Below, in pieces: positions 52,493 to 63,461 of a stretch of DNA of 64,000 nucleotides. Every line of letters starts with the position of its first letter. Within the stretch, counting starts at the first letter, position 1. The notes beneath the pieces are model-generated. The model saw only the letters and a list, made by a program, of their open reading frames with translations, made no database searches and was not told the origin of the DNA. A program made the translations under genes and the position numbers. Source of the stretch: an uncultured Alphaproteobacteria bacterium (GTDB lineage: Bacteria > Pseudomonadota > Alphaproteobacteria > UBA7879 > UBA5542); contig CAIWGV010000045.1 of the NCBI GenBank assembly GCA_903912365.1, forward strand, positions 21,886 through 85,885, read 5' to 3'.

Positions 52493-55186
52493 ATGCTTAA
52501 GGTTGTCTTTCAGAAGTTATTCAGATCAGAAAATGATCGTCTTTTGAAAAAATTCCAGGGTCAGGTGAGCCAGATTAATGGTCTAGAACCCCAGATTTCA
52601 GCACTCTCGGATGAGGAGCTCAAAGCTCAAACACAAAAATTCAGAGCCCGCCTCGCAGAGGGTGAGACACTCGATGATCTCTTACCCGAAGCTTTTGCCA
52701 CCGTACGGGAGGCCGGCAAACGGACTCTTGGAAATCGTCATTTCGATGTGCAGCTTTTGGGAGGCATCTGCCTCCATAAAGGAAACATCGTTGAGATGAA
52801 GACTGGAGAAGGCAAGACCCTCGTGGCAACACTTCCCGTTTACCTCAATGCCCTCAGTGGAAAAGGGGTCCATGTGGTCACCGTTAACGACTACTTAGCG
52901 CGGCGTGACTCCGAATGGATGGGACGTATTTATACCTTCCTAGGCCTCACGGTCGGATGCATTACCAATGATTTGGAAGATGAAGAACGTCGCCAGGCCT
53001 ATGAGTCAGATGTAACCTACGCCACTAACAATGAACTTGGATTTGATTACCTACGAGACAACATGAAATTTCGTCTCGATCAAATGGTTCAGCGCCCTTT
53101 CAACTATGCCATCGTGGATGAGGTGGACAGCATCCTTGTGGATGAAGCCCGCACTCCTTTGATTATTTCAGGCTCTGCGGAAGACTCTTCTTTCCTCTAC
53201 GTTCAAATCAATAAGGTTGTAAGTAAACTCATTGCTTCTGATTATGAAAAAGATGAAAAACAAAACAACGTGACCCTCACAGAGCAAGGCATTGAAAAGA
53301 TAGAAACCGCTTTGAGAGAAACTGGGCTTTTGGAAAGCAATTCCCTCTATGATCTCCAAAATATTTCTCTGGTGCATCATGTGAACCAGGCCTTGCGGGC
53401 CCAGACTTTGTTTACAAAAGACAAGGATTATATCGTCAAAGACATGCGCATCGTCATCATCGACGAATTCACAGGCCGTATGCAGGAAGGCCGTCGATAT
53501 TCTGACGGACTCCACCAGGCCTTAGAAGCTAAAGAAGATGTGCCCGTTCAGATGGAAAACCAGACTTTGGCCTCCATCACCTTCCAAAACTATTTCCGAC
53601 TGTATCCCAAACTTGGAGGTATGGCGGGAACAGCCATGACGGAAGCTCTGGAGTTTGAAGAGACCTATAACCTCCGAGTGGTAGATTTGCCGACAAACGT
53701 GGCCTGCGTCCGAAAAGATCAGGACGATGAAGTCTACAGAACAGAACGGGAAAAGTTTAATGCGGTGATTGCCCTCATCAAAGAATGTCAGGAACGCCAG
53801 CAGCCTATACTTGTAGGCACCGCCAGTATTGAAAAATCAGAAAAATTTTCGGAGGAATTGAGAAAGCATAAGATCGCTCACAATGTTTTGAATGCCCGCT
53901 ACCACGATAAGGAAGCCAGTATCATCGCAGAAGCAGGCCGCCCTAGGGCTGTCACCATTGCCACCAACATGGCAGGCCGTGGAACAGATATTAAGCTGGG
54001 TGGAAACCTTGAGGGCCGTATCTTGGCAGAGCTTGGATATATGCCTGAGGGACCTGAAAAGACAAAAGCCATTGAGAAGATCCAAAAAGAGCTGGAGCAA
54101 GACGTGGTGACCGTTGAAAAAGCTGGTGGCCTCTACGTGATCGGCACTGAACGCCATGAAAGTCGCCGCATCGACAACCAGCTGCGGGGACGGTCCGGCC
54201 GTCAAGGAGATCCCGGAGCCTCCAAATTCTTCCTTTCTTTGGAAGATGATTTGATGCGCATCTTCGGATCTGCCAGCCTCGATAGCATGCTGCAGAAACT
54301 GGGACTCAAAGAAGGTGAGGCCATTACCCATCCCTGGATTAACCGCGCCCTAGAAAAGGCCCAAGGCAAGGTAGAGGCCCGCAACTACGATATCCGGAAG
54401 CATTTGTTGAAATACGACAACGTGATGAATGATCAGCGGAAAGTCGTTTATGAACTCCGTCGGGACTTAATGTGCGACGCCGACATCAAAGACATGATCG
54501 ATGACATGAAAATTGATGTGGTAGAACAATTAATCACCCGATGCATTCCCGTTAAGGCCTATCCCGCAGACTGGGATGTGGCTGGACTTCATGAAGAATG
54601 TCGCCGTATTTTTGGTCTTGATTTACCCATCAAGAATTGGGCTTCAGAAGAAGGCATTGCGGACCAAGAACTCAAGAATCGCATCCAGGCAGAAGTTGTG
54701 GGCCTGATCCATAAGAAGTTTGAAAGTTTAGACCCCCAGGAAATACGCTTGCTGGAAAAAAGCATCCTGTTGCGTCTTCTGGACCAGCATTGGAAGGATC
54801 ATTTGCTGTCTTTGGATCAAATCCGTCAAGGCATCAATCTCCGGGCCTATGCGCAGCGGGATCCTTTGAATGAATACAAACACGAGGCTTTCAAGCTGTT
54901 CGAAGAAATGCTGGAAAAACTGAAGGAAAGTGTTATTTCCGTTCTGTGCCAATTCAATCTGGAACCTCGATACGCCACAGAAATAGAACCTGAAGCGCCG
55001 GCCGTGACCTATGAGGGACGGGAAGATCCGGCCTTAGGGAATGCAGACGGCACCCCTAAACGGGCTCGAAAGTCTTCAAATGTAACCCCAACGGATGCCT
55101 CCACCTGGGGTCGCGTTCAGCGGAATGCTTTATGCCCCTGCAAGTCTGGAAAGAAGTATAAGCACTGCCATGGGCAGCTGCTTTAG
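52493..55186 (+). CDS. secA: Preprotein translocase ATPase SecA
   Basis: The DEAD-like motor motifs are present. The C-terminal zinc-binding tail is [14 protein letters not shown]. Confidence 0.97.
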   Translation: MLKVVFQKLFRSENDRLLKKFQGQVSQINGLEPQISALSDEELKAQTQKFRARLAEGETLDDLLPEAFATVREAGKRTLGNRHFDVQLLGGICLHKGNIVEMKTGEGKTLVATLPVYLNALSGKGVHVVTVNDYLARRDSEWMGRIYTFLGLTVGCITNDLEDEERRQAYESDVTYATNNELGFDYLRDNMKFRLDQMVQRPFNYAIVDEVDSILVDEARTPLIISGSAEDSSFLYVQINKVVSKLIASDYEKDEKQNNVTLTEQGIEKIETALRETGLLESNSLYDLQNISLVHHVNQALRAQTLFTKDKDYIVKDMRIVIIDEFTGRMQEGRRYSDGLHQALEAKEDVPVQMENQTLASITFQNYFRLYPKLGGMAGTAMTEALEFEETYNLRVVDLPTNVACVRKDQDDEVYRTEREKFNAVIALIKECQERQQPILVGTASIEKSEKFSEELRKHKIAHNVLNARYHDKEASIIAEAGRPRAVTIATNMAGRGTDIKLGGNLEGRILAELGYMPEGPEKTKAIEKIQKELEQDVVTVEKAGGLYVIGTERHESRRIDNQLRGRSGRQGDPGASKFFLSLEDDLMRIFGSASLDSMLQKLGLKEGEAITHPWINRALEKAQGKVEARNYDIRKHLLKYDNVMNDQRKVVYELRRDLMCDADIKDMIDDMKIDVVEQLITRCIPVKAYPADWDVAGLHEECRRIFGLDLPIKNWASEEGIADQELKNRIQAEVVGLIHKKFESLDPQEIRLLEKSILLRLLDQHWKDHLLSLDQIRQGINLRAYAQRDPLNEYKHEAFKLFEEMLEKLKESVISVLCQFNLEPRYATEIEPEAPAVTYEGREDPALGNADGTPKRARKSSNVTPTDASTWGRVQRNALCPCKSGKKYKHCHGQLL

Positions 55187-55193
55187 TTCTCAG

Positions 55194-56576
55194 ATGAAAA
55201 AACTCTACGTCAAAACCTACGGCTGTCAGATGAACGTCTATGACTCTGACCGAATGGCTCAATTGTTGAGGCCGCACGGGTACGAGATGACGGATGCTCC
55301 CGATGATGCCAATATTGCCATCATAAACACCTGCCATATCCGGGAAAAAGCAACGGAGAAGACTTTTTCCGAAGTGGGTCGTTTCAAAAAATATCGTGCA
55401 AAGAAACGGAAAGCCGGAGAAGAGGGTCTCCTGGTTGTCGCTGGATGCGTAGCCCAGGCGGAAGGAGCGGAGATCATGCGGCGTGCCCCCTATGTGGATG
55501 TGGTGGTGGGACCTCAAGCTTATCACCGTTTGCCCGAGATGATTGCCCAGGCTAAAAGATCCATTGAAACGTTTACCGGCAACCCCCAGGTCATCGATAC
55601 AGACTTCCCCGTGGAATCAAAATTTGATCATATGCCCCTGCCCGACTCAAGATCCAGTCTTTCTTCCTTCCTTTCCATCCAAGAAGGGTGTGATAAGTTC
55701 TGTGCTTTTTGTGTAGTCCCTTATACAAGAGGCGCCGAATACTCAAGATCTGCTGCAGAAATTTTGAAAGAGGCAGAGCACCTTGTAAACCAAGGCGTAA
55801 AAGAAATCACTCTGCTGGGACAAAATGTGAGTGCCTATAAAGTTCAAAGTCCTCAGGGCGGAACCTGGGGGATCGGGGCCCTCTGTACGGAAATTGCAAA
55901 CATTGAAGGATTGGAGCGGATCCGGTACACCACTTCCCATCCCCGGGATATGATGGATCCAGACCTCATTGAGGCCCACCGCTCTTGCCCCAAACTCATG
56001 CCGTTTTTACACCTTCCCGTTCAGTCAGGGTCCGATCGGATCTTGGAAGCCATGAATCGAAAACATACGGCCAAACGCTATGAAGAAGTCATTGAGGTTT
56101 TCCGAGAGGCCCGTCCCGACATGGGGTTTTCCTCTGATTTTATCGTCGGATTTCCGGGAGAAACGGAAGAAGATTTTGAGGCGACATTAGAACTTATTCG
56201 CAAAATAAATTATGCCCAAGCCTATAGTTTCAAGTATAGTCCAAGACCTGGAACACCGGCTGCCACTTTAGATCTACAAGTTCCAACAAATATTCAAGAC
56301 ATTCGGCTTGAAAGAATTCAAGATTTACTCTTCCAACAACAGAGGGATTTCAATAATTCTTTTGTTGGAAAAACAATTCCCGTTCTGGTGGAAAAACTAG
56401 GAAACCAGAAAAATCAATGCCTTGGTAAAAGCCCCCATCAACAGTCTGTTCAAATCGAATCTTCTCATGATATAGTAGGTAAGATAATAAATATAAATAT
56501 AACAGATGCAGGCTTAAAAGTATTGATGGGGAGACCGGAATCCGGGTTGTACGTGAGTGACAAAACAAAAATCTGA
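55194..56576 (+). CDS. miaB: tRNA-2-methylthio-N6-dimethylallyladenosine synthase MiaB
   Basis: MKKLYVKTYGCQMNVYDSDRM is the canonical MiaB start at 55194; the longer ORF start at 55095 overlaps secA. A radical-SAM CxxxCxxC (CDKFCAFC) and a TRAM domain are present. Confidence 0.9.
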   Translation: MKKLYVKTYGCQMNVYDSDRMAQLLRPHGYEMTDAPDDANIAIINTCHIREKATEKTFSEVGRFKKYRAKKRKAGEEGLLVVAGCVAQAEGAEIMRRAPYVDVVVGPQAYHRLPEMIAQAKRSIETFTGNPQVIDTDFPVESKFDHMPLPDSRSSLSSFLSIQEGCDKFCAFCVVPYTRGAEYSRSAAEILKEAEHLVNQGVKEITLLGQNVSAYKVQSPQGGTWGIGALCTEIANIEGLERIRYTTSHPRDMMDPDLIEAHRSCPKLMPFLHLPVQSGSDRILEAMNRKHTAKRYEEVIEVFREARPDMGFSSDFIVGFPGETEEDFEATLELIRKINYAQAYSFKYSPRPGTPAATLDLQVPTNIQDIRLERIQDLLFQQQRDFNNSFVGKTIPVLVEKLGNQKNQCLGKSPHQQSVQIESSHDIVGKIININITDAGLKVLMGRPESGLYVSDKTKI

Positions 56577-57513
56577 CGGACCTAATAAAGAAACATTTTT
56601 AGAATTCATGGATAATCAGCTTCTCCAGCAACTGGTGGGCTCTCACAATACGCACTTAAAGAAACTTGAAAAACAAGTGAATGTGAAAATTTCTCTCCGA
56701 GGAAATATCCTGACCCTTAAGGGAGACCAACCTTCCATTGATCATGCAGAAGCTGTTTTAAAAAGCCTCTATGAGGCGCTCGAAAAAGGACATGAAATGA
56801 CCTCCTCCAAAGTAGATGACCATATGTATCAAGGCGAAGAAGATGATTCTGAAATAAAAATCCGCCTCCGGACTGCCGAGCGCACCATCGTTCCCCGCAA
56901 TAAGGCCCAAGCCGATTTCATTCGACATCTCCAAACAAAGGAACTCGTATTCGGTTTGGGGCCTGCCGGAACAGGAAAAACCTACATGGCGGTCGCCATG
57001 GGGGTGTCTTTGCTCATGCAAGGCAAAGTGGACCGTTTGATTCTGTCGCGTCCTGCCATTGAAGCGGGTGAGAAGCTGGGGTTTTTGCCCGGAGACCTAA
57101 AAGAAAAAGTGGATCCTTATTTGCGACCCATCTATGATGCCCTCTACGAAATGTTCCATGAAACCCATGTGGAAAAACTTATGGAAAGCGGCACCATTGA
57201 GGTAGCGCCCCTTGCCTTCATGAGAGGCCGGACTTTGGCACACTCCTTTATCATCCTAGATGAAGCCCAAAACACCACCACTATGCAGATGAAGATGTTC
57301 CTGACACGGCTGGGAGAAGGCTCTCGAATGGTGATCACAGGAGACTCCACACAGATAGACTTGCCTTTTCAGCAAAAATCGGGTCTTATAGATGCGCACG
57401 AGCGTTTGGGAGGAATAGACTCCATCGCTTTCATGGAATTTAAAGACACCGATGTGGTGCGGCATCCGTTGGTAGGTCATATCGTTAGAGCTTATGCAGA
57501 CTCCCCAAGCTGA
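56557..57513 (+). CDS. ybeZ: PhoH-like ATPase (YbeZ)
   Basis: The Walker A is FGLGPAGTGKTYMAVAMGV. The start may be at 56557 (a 20-nt overlap with miaB) or at the internal Met at 56608. Confidence 0.88.
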   Translation: MTKQKSDGPNKETFLEFMDNQLLQQLVGSHNTHLKKLEKQVNVKISLRGNILTLKGDQPSIDHAEAVLKSLYEALEKGHEMTSSKVDDHMYQGEEDDSEIKIRLRTAERTIVPRNKAQADFIRHLQTKELVFGLGPAGTGKTYMAVAMGVSLLMQGKVDRLILSRPAIEAGEKLGFLPGDLKEKVDPYLRPIYDALYEMFHETHVEKLMESGTIEVAPLAFMRGRTLAHSFIILDEAQNTTTMQMKMFLTRLGEGSRMVITGDSTQIDLPFQQKSGLIDAHERLGGIDSIAFMEFKDTDVVRHPLVGHIVRAYADSPS

Positions 57514-58015
57514 AGAACCTGACTGGATTCAAGTTTCTGTTGAATCCCCTCTTTGGGAGAAAAATCTTCCCCCCATGGAAGCCCTTGTTAGAAAAGCTCT
57601 GGAAAATGCCGTTGCATTCTTTCCTCTCCTAAAGAATAGGATTCAGGTGAGCCTCTTGCTCACAGACAATACTTTTGTACAGAAACTAAATCGTGACTAT
57701 CGTAAAAAAGATATGCCTACAAATGTTCTTTCTTTTCCTTTTGAGGCCCTTGAAAAAGGAACATATTTACCCTTTGGAGAAACTGTGTTATTGGGTGATA
57801 TTGTTTTAGCTCATGAAACCATTGAGGCAGAGTCCCTCCACAAAGGAATCTCTTTTGAGGATCATTTGGCCCACCTGGTTATTCATGGATTTTTGCACCT
57901 CTTGGGATTTGACCATGAGATGGGCGAGGATGAAGCTATAGAAATGGAAGATTTGGAGATAAAAATTTTAGAGACTTTGAAGATTAAGAATCCTTATAAG
58001 ATGGGAGAATGTTAA
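57494..58015 (+). CDS. ybeY: Endoribonuclease YbeY (rRNA maturation factor)
   Basis: The zinc-binding HGFLHLLGFDHE motif is present. Confidence 0.9.
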   Translation: MQTPQAEEPDWIQVSVESPLWEKNLPPMEALVRKALENAVAFFPLLKNRIQVSLLLTDNTFVQKLNRDYRKKDMPTNVLSFPFEALEKGTYLPFGETVLLGDIVLAHETIEAESLHKGISFEDHLAHLVIHGFLHLLGFDHEMGEDEAIEMEDLEIKILETLKIKNPYKMGEC

Positions 58016-58810
58016 GTGCCTCTTAAAACTTTACTGGGCTCATTTAGGAAAAATAGAAAAAATGAACCCTCTGAACACAGCTCTCCAGAGTCACATTCAG
58101 AGTCCCCTATCCTTAAAAACATTGCCAAATTTCTCCATATTCCTATTAAGGATATTATGACACCCCGCGCCGATATAATCTGGGTAGATATGGATAAGCC
58201 CTTTGTTAAAACACGCAAAGAGCTTCTTAAATATCCCTATAGCTCTTTCCCCGTGTGCCGTCATGATTTGGATAAAATCTTAGGCGCCCTTCACATGCGG
58301 GACGTGGCAAGCTCCTTTGAATCTAAAAACTTTGCCGTAGAGCGCCATTTAAAGCCCGTTATATTTGTAGCCCCCTCTCTTTCTTGCAGTGATCTTCTGA
58401 TTAAAATGCGAGAGGAAAAAATCTATACGGCCATTGTGGTGGATGAGTTTGGGGGTGTGGATGGTCTTGTAACCCTCAGCGACATCGTTGAGAAAGTCAT
58501 CGGGGACATGGATCTAGAAGAACACAAGGAAGTAGAACCTCTCATCCGAAATGCGGACCATACGGCCATTGTGGATGGTCGCATGCCCATTGGAGACTTT
58601 GAAGAAGAGTTTGGATCCGTCATGACTGCCCGTGAGAGGGAAAAAGATCCCGAAACCGTAGGGGGTTGGATCATGTCCGTTGCTGGCCACGTACCTGTTC
58701 GGGGTGAGCTTATTAAACAACAATCCGGTATTGTCTTCGAAGTCCTCACTTGCGACGCGCGGCGTGTCAAACGTCTCAAGATCCATAATCTAGATAAGAT
58801 TAAGAAATAG
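58016..58810 (+). CDS. corC: CorC/HlyC (TlyC)-family CBS-domain protein
   Basis: The GTG lies directly after the ybeY stop. Tandem CBS domains are followed by a CorC_HlyC transporter-associated C-terminal domain. Confidence 0.85.
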   Translation: MPLKTLLGSFRKNRKNEPSEHSSPESHSESPILKNIAKFLHIPIKDIMTPRADIIWVDMDKPFVKTRKELLKYPYSSFPVCRHDLDKILGALHMRDVASSFESKNFAVERHLKPVIFVAPSLSCSDLLIKMREEKIYTAIVVDEFGGVDGLVTLSDIVEKVIGDMDLEEHKEVEPLIRNADHTAIVDGRMPIGDFEEEFGSVMTAREREKDPETVGGWIMSVAGHVPVRGELIKQQSGIVFEVLTCDARRVKRLKIHNLDKIKK

Positions 58811-58905
58811 ATCTTTTGTTTTTATATTTTTATTCTCATTAAATACCCTTGAATATTCAAAAATAAGCTCTATATATAAGATGTGAGCATTATTGAAAGG
58901 TAAGT

Positions 58906-60348
58906 ATGAGATATATTATTTTAACCCTAATTGTTTTTTGTACCTATACGGCTATGGCCATGGGAATTTTTTCTCCCGAAGATGTGAACACGCGGGAAAA
59001 AGCAGTTGCAGCTGTTCATCAGCTTATGAAAGCTCGATATGATTTTCATAAGGATTACATAGATTATTTAAAAGATGAGGCTATTCCTGAAAAGGAAAAA
59101 CTAGACCTTATTTCAGAGTATTCTGGCACGGACAAGTCTCAGATTTTTCCAGGTCTTATAGGTTTATCTCTTGCGGGCTTAAAAGAAGACCTGAATCATT
59201 TTGAAAGGGTTTCCAATCTTTCAAGAGACCCTCGACTTCTAACTGTTCTTCATTTAGAGCTTAGTTTCGTTAAAAGAATGGGGCTTTTAGGCGCAGAAGA
59301 AAAAATGAAATTCCAGCAAGATGCAAAAGAACACAAAAGAACAGGCAATACCAAGGATGTTTTGCAGTATAGGGGATTTAGCAGCGAATATAACGATGCC
59401 CCCTGCCAAGAAGAATCTTTAAAATATCTGAGTCCTTTTTTAACAGAAGCACATAGAAATTTTGAAAAAAAAATGCGTTCCCGGGAAACTAAGGCAAAAA
59501 TAGGTGCCTTTGGGGAACCAGCCCAATGTACCCTAAACATAAATGATCTTATGTATCTTTATGAGGAAGCAACCCAAATTACAACGGTAAAAATAAAGGC
59601 AAAACTAGAGGCTCTTCAGCCCTCCATTGGCAAAGAAAGAGGCCATTTTCTTTGGGAACAGTCAATGAAATTTTTTAACGAAGCCTCGGGCCACTTTCTA
59701 GAACCCCAGATCCCAATACTGAAATTCGGACGAAGCCTTGAAGCTCTTCACAATCAAGAGAAAATCTTAGATATTTTGATTACAAGGAACATTCGCCCCC
59801 TTTTACCCTCGCCTATGTCGACAGCAGCATTGGTAACAATTCCCACCGCCTCTAAACCCCTTGCCCTTCCTACAATTCCTGCAGCAGTTGCTGATGCTCC
59901 TGAATCTTTGGTCCAGAAGCCTCTTCCAGAATCTACCCCTGAGCCTGTGTCCCTTCCTGAAGAACAATTACCAGAAAGGCATTTCAGGCAATGGACACAG
60001 GAAGAAAAGGCAGAAGTCCAAGCCCAGCCCATGGCTGCAGCCGCCTCCCTTCCAATTATAGAAACAAGGGCTGATTTAAGTGACGTCATTAAGACTCTCA
60101 TGGGAAAAGCCCAGCTTGATTTCTTCAGGGAAGTTGTTCCCCAAATCCTCAATCCTATTCTAAAAAATGATCTTGTTATGGACATAAATAAGCACAATAT
60201 TAACTTATTTATTCCCCATAAGAGCAACCCAGATCAAAGAGAGCTCATATACTTCCATGTGCCTCATGGAAAAAATGTAAAAGCCTCTCATCATGCATTT
60301 TGGCGGCACCAAATAAAGAAGGCCTTAACAGCAGCGGGCTGGATTTAA
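58906..60348 (+). CDS. Secreted hypothetical protein (480 aa) with a Pro-rich segment
   Basis: The signal peptide is MRYIILTLIVFCTYTAMAMG. A Pro/Ala/Ser/Thr-rich linker spans about residues 300-345. No domain was recognised. Confidence 0.4.
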   Translation: MRYIILTLIVFCTYTAMAMGIFSPEDVNTREKAVAAVHQLMKARYDFHKDYIDYLKDEAIPEKEKLDLISEYSGTDKSQIFPGLIGLSLAGLKEDLNHFERVSNLSRDPRLLTVLHLELSFVKRMGLLGAEEKMKFQQDAKEHKRTGNTKDVLQYRGFSSEYNDAPCQEESLKYLSPFLTEAHRNFEKKMRSRETKAKIGAFGEPAQCTLNINDLMYLYEEATQITTVKIKAKLEALQPSIGKERGHFLWEQSMKFFNEASGHFLEPQIPILKFGRSLEALHNQEKILDILITRNIRPLLPSPMSTAALVTIPTASKPLALPTIPAAVADAPESLVQKPLPESTPEPVSLPEEQLPERHFRQWTQEEKAEVQAQPMAAAASLPIIETRADLSDVIKTLMGKAQLDFFREVVPQILNPILKNDLVMDINKHNINLFIPHKSNPDQRELIYFHVPHGKNVKASHHAFWRHQIKKALTAAGWI

Positions 60349-60349
60349 A

Positions 60350-62086
60350 TTACCCAAACACTCTTGAAATCCAAGGAACCTTGCCATCTTTGAAGTTTTG
60401 TTTGGCCAGCAGAGTGCGCCGGTATTTTTCAATGACAGCATCCACTTGCTCTGCCTTTAGACCAAAGAGTTCCAGGACCGCAGACGCCAACTGAAAACTG
60501 GGGGCAAACATTTCCGGGACGATGGGTTCAGCCCCTAACTCTTGAAGTTTCATGGCTTGATCACTATCTCGAACACGAACAAAGACTTTCAGCTGGGGGA
60601 AGTACCTTTTTAGGGTAATAACCAGACGGGAAGAGAGACTAAAATCATCCACACTCACCACCACGGCGCGGGCACGTTCCGCATGAAAGGCATGGAATAC
60701 CTCAATCTTCCGGGCATCCCCAAAAAAGATAAAGTCCTTCTTCTGCATGCGCCCCAGGGCCACCCGGGTAATGTTCATATCCACAATAATATGGGGAATA
60801 TACTTTGTGGCCAAAATATTGTGAACTGTCTCTCCCACTAAGCCAAATCCCACAATAATGACATGGTTTTTAAGATCCACGGATTCCTCTTCGGCTGCTT
60901 TGAGGGCGATACCATTCTCCCGGCCGATTCGGTTACTGATAAAGGTTCCAACAAAGGCCAAGAGGGGGCTCACCATCATGCTAAGAACCACAATGAGGTA
61001 GACCATCTGATTCAGATCGTTCGTAATTAGTCCACTGAGCTCTGCCTGCTTGAAGAGAACGAAAACAAACTCACTGCCTCCCGCTAATAAAAGGGCGATC
61101 TTAATGCCCGTTTTTACAGGCAATCGCATAATCATGCAGGTGACCAACAGAACCGCTATTTTTCCAAGAAGCATTAGACAGAAGAAAGAAGCAATGAGTT
61201 TAGGATCTTGGAGTAAAACATTGGGGTTTAAGGACATGCCAACGGTCATAAAGAAGAGCCCCAACAACAAAGACCGGAAGGGTTTAATATCTGTTTCCAC
61301 TTGGTGCTTATATTCCGTCTCTGCCATAAGAAGACCTGCAAGAAAGGCGCCAAGACCCAAAGAAAGACCCGCATATTCCGTAGCAAAGCTTGTGGCCACA
61401 ATAATCAGCAATGTCATGGCAAAGAACAAATCGCCGCTTTTCGTGGAAACCACCATGCGGTAAAAGGGCCTGAGTAAAAACCGACCAAAGATAATGAATC
61501 CTACAAAGACCCCTACGACTTTGAAGGCGGCCCAGCCTAAAACTTCCAGGAAAGATGCCTTGCTTTCTGTATGCATAAGCGTCACCCACACGAGAATAAC
61601 GATCACGATAAAGTCTTGGAATAATAGAACGGAGAAGGAAATTCTTCCAAAGCGGGAAGTAATAGCTTTTTGATCCGAGAGAAGCTGAAGAACAACGGCT
61701 GTGGAAGAAAAGGCAAGACCAGCCCCCAGGAGAACCGCCGTCTCTAAATTGGCCCCAAAATAGGAGGCCATACATCCAAACAAAAAAGAGGTAAGGGTCA
61801 TTTGAAGAGACCCCATGCCAAATACATATTTTCGGAGTTCCTGGAGCCTTTCCCAAGGAAGCTCTAATCCAATGGTGAAAAGCAGAAAGACCACACCAAA
61901 TTCTGCGATGTGTTGAGAAACTTCAATGTTGGAAAACAACCCTATGAAATGGGGTCCTAAAACAACCCCGGCGAAGAGATACCCTAAAGTTGAGGTGATA
62001 CGGAGTTTATTACAGATCGTTGATACAACGACTGCCGCCCCTAAAAAGTACAGAACTTCCCAAAATTGGTGGGGAACCGTTTCCAA
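60350..62086 (-). CDS. CPA2-family monovalent cation:proton antiporter / K+ efflux protein with a C-terminal RCK (TrkA-N) domain (KefB/YbaL-like)
   Basis: The N-terminal membrane domain has about 12 TM segments. The C-terminal Rossmann block is HVIIVGFGLVGETV. Confidence 0.8.
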   Translation of the reverse strand: METVPHQFWEVLYFLGAAVVVSTICNKLRITSTLGYLFAGVVLGPHFIGLFSNIEVSQHIAEFGVVFLLFTIGLELPWERLQELRKYVFGMGSLQMTLTSFLFGCMASYFGANLETAVLLGAGLAFSSTAVVLQLLSDQKAITSRFGRISFSVLLFQDFIVIVILVWVTLMHTESKASFLEVLGWAAFKVVGVFVGFIIFGRFLLRPFYRMVVSTKSGDLFFAMTLLIIVATSFATEYAGLSLGLGAFLAGLLMAETEYKHQVETDIKPFRSLLLGLFFMTVGMSLNPNVLLQDPKLIASFFCLMLLGKIAVLLVTCMIMRLPVKTGIKIALLLAGGSEFVFVLFKQAELSGLITNDLNQMVYLIVVLSMMVSPLLAFVGTFISNRIGRENGIALKAAEEESVDLKNHVIIVGFGLVGETVHNILATKYIPHIIVDMNITRVALGRMQKKDFIFFGDARKIEVFHAFHAERARAVVVSVDDFSLSSRLVITLKRYFPQLKVFVRVRDSDQAMKLQELGAEPIVPEMFAPSFQLASAVLELFGLKAEQVDAVIEKYRRTLLAKQNFKDGKVPWISRVFG

Positions 62087-62291
62087 ATTATGCTTCCTCC
62101 TAATGTCTCACTTCTTATCGACAATCTTTTTTTCACTCCACAACCCATGAAAGTTAAAGAAAAAAATTTGTTTTTTATAAATCATGTTTTTCCAAGATCC
62201 CTATCTTATATATTCCGCAGGGCTGCTCTGGAAAACAGGAATCATTTAAGCATAAAGCCACTCAAAATTCCAGGAAAAGATTTTAAAGCTC

Positions 62292-63461
62292 CTAAGTCTC
62301 TGGATTCCAGAAAGGGTTAGGTTGGGTTGGAGGCACTGAAGGAGGATTCTCCGAAGGGCCTTCGGAATTTTGAGAAGGAGGATTTTCTCCCTTTACTCCC
62401 AAGAGAAGTTTGAGTTGGGCTAAAGCCCCAGGATCTTGAACCATTTCCTTCAAAAGATCTGCAAAAGAAAGGCTCCCCCACACAACCGCTCTTTTAATAA
62501 GATAAGGAGCTGGACTATGGGGATCCAATTTTTCCAAATAATTCGCCGCATTCTCAATGATTGAATAAGCCTCAGCCCGCGTATTTATAATACCTTCTAT
62601 GTGAGCCGGAGGAGAGGACGGAACTACATTAGGGGTCGTTCCCTCTAAGGGAATCATTCCTGCCTCTTCTTGCTCTTGTTCAGGAATTTCTTTCTGTCCC
62701 CGCTCAGCCAAAAGTTTGTTCACAAAATCTTCGAAGACTTTAAGATTATTTCTAATTTTGTAAAGAGAAGGCCCATCGGATCCAATCTTTAAATCCAAAA
62801 ACGCTTGTAGTTCTTTTACTGCATCCCTGGTTTCATTGATGTCTTTCAAAAATTCTTCGAAAAAACTATTGGGAGTTTTTCTAAGACTGGTTTCAAAATC
62901 AGCCACACGCCATCCTTTGTCTGGCTTAGAGGGTGTGGATCCCGCCACTTTTACTTCTTCCTCTCGATGAACTTCCAAATACTGATAGAAACTGTAAGTC
63001 AAAAGATTAGAATCATCGGGAGACGTAATGTAAATTTTGTGGAGTCTCTCCGAGAGTTTTTCATTAATCCAACTGTAGGGAGACCCTCTATAATCTGGAT
63101 CTTGAGGATCTATAATAGGATAGGCCACATCCCAATATTTCTGAGACAGCTGCAGTAATAACTGAAACCCTTGCTTCACACCTTTCATTCCATATAGGGA
63201 AAGCCATGCCTCTATGAGCCATGCGGCAACCTGTATGTCTTTTGATTTGGTTGTCAAAATCGTAATACAAAGCTTCTCGGCCTTTTCCCAGTCCGCGGAT
63301 TTAAGATCTTGAACCCATACCCCTTGGGGAAGATCCAGGTCCTCCCGAGAAGCTTCTTTGATAGCATCATAGGACACATCATACTTTACATCTTCTCCTT
63401 GGGGTTTCTGAGGTGAAATGTCTTGGAGATAAATATCTAAATCTGCAATCGTATCCATCAC
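62292..63461 (-). CDS. ImpA_N-domain protein (TssA-like, type VI secretion-associated)
   Basis: The N-terminus ISPQKPQGEDVKYDVSYDAIKEASRED...ADWEKAEKLCITILTTKSKDIQVAAWLIEAWLSLYGMKG fits the ImpA_N pattern (PCGEDLRYDP.F..L..ARRED...ADW...SKDLRVAAWL). The ATG overlaps the stop of the upstream gene in an ATGA arrangement. Confidence 0.65.
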   Translation of the reverse strand: MMDTIADLDIYLQDISPQKPQGEDVKYDVSYDAIKEASREDLDLPQGVWVQDLKSADWEKAEKLCITILTTKSKDIQVAAWLIEAWLSLYGMKGVKQGFQLLLQLSQKYWDVAYPIIDPQDPDYRGSPYSWINEKLSERLHKIYITSPDDSNLLTYSFYQYLEVHREEEVKVAGSTPSKPDKGWRVADFETSLRKTPNSFFEEFLKDINETRDAVKELQAFLDLKIGSDGPSLYKIRNNLKVFEDFVNKLLAERGQKEIPEQEQEEAGMIPLEGTTPNVVPSSPPAHIEGIINTRAEAYSIIENAANYLEKLDPHSPAPYLIKRAVVWGSLSFADLLKEMVQDPGALAQLKLLLGVKGENPPSQNSEGPSENPPSVPPTQPNPFWNPET

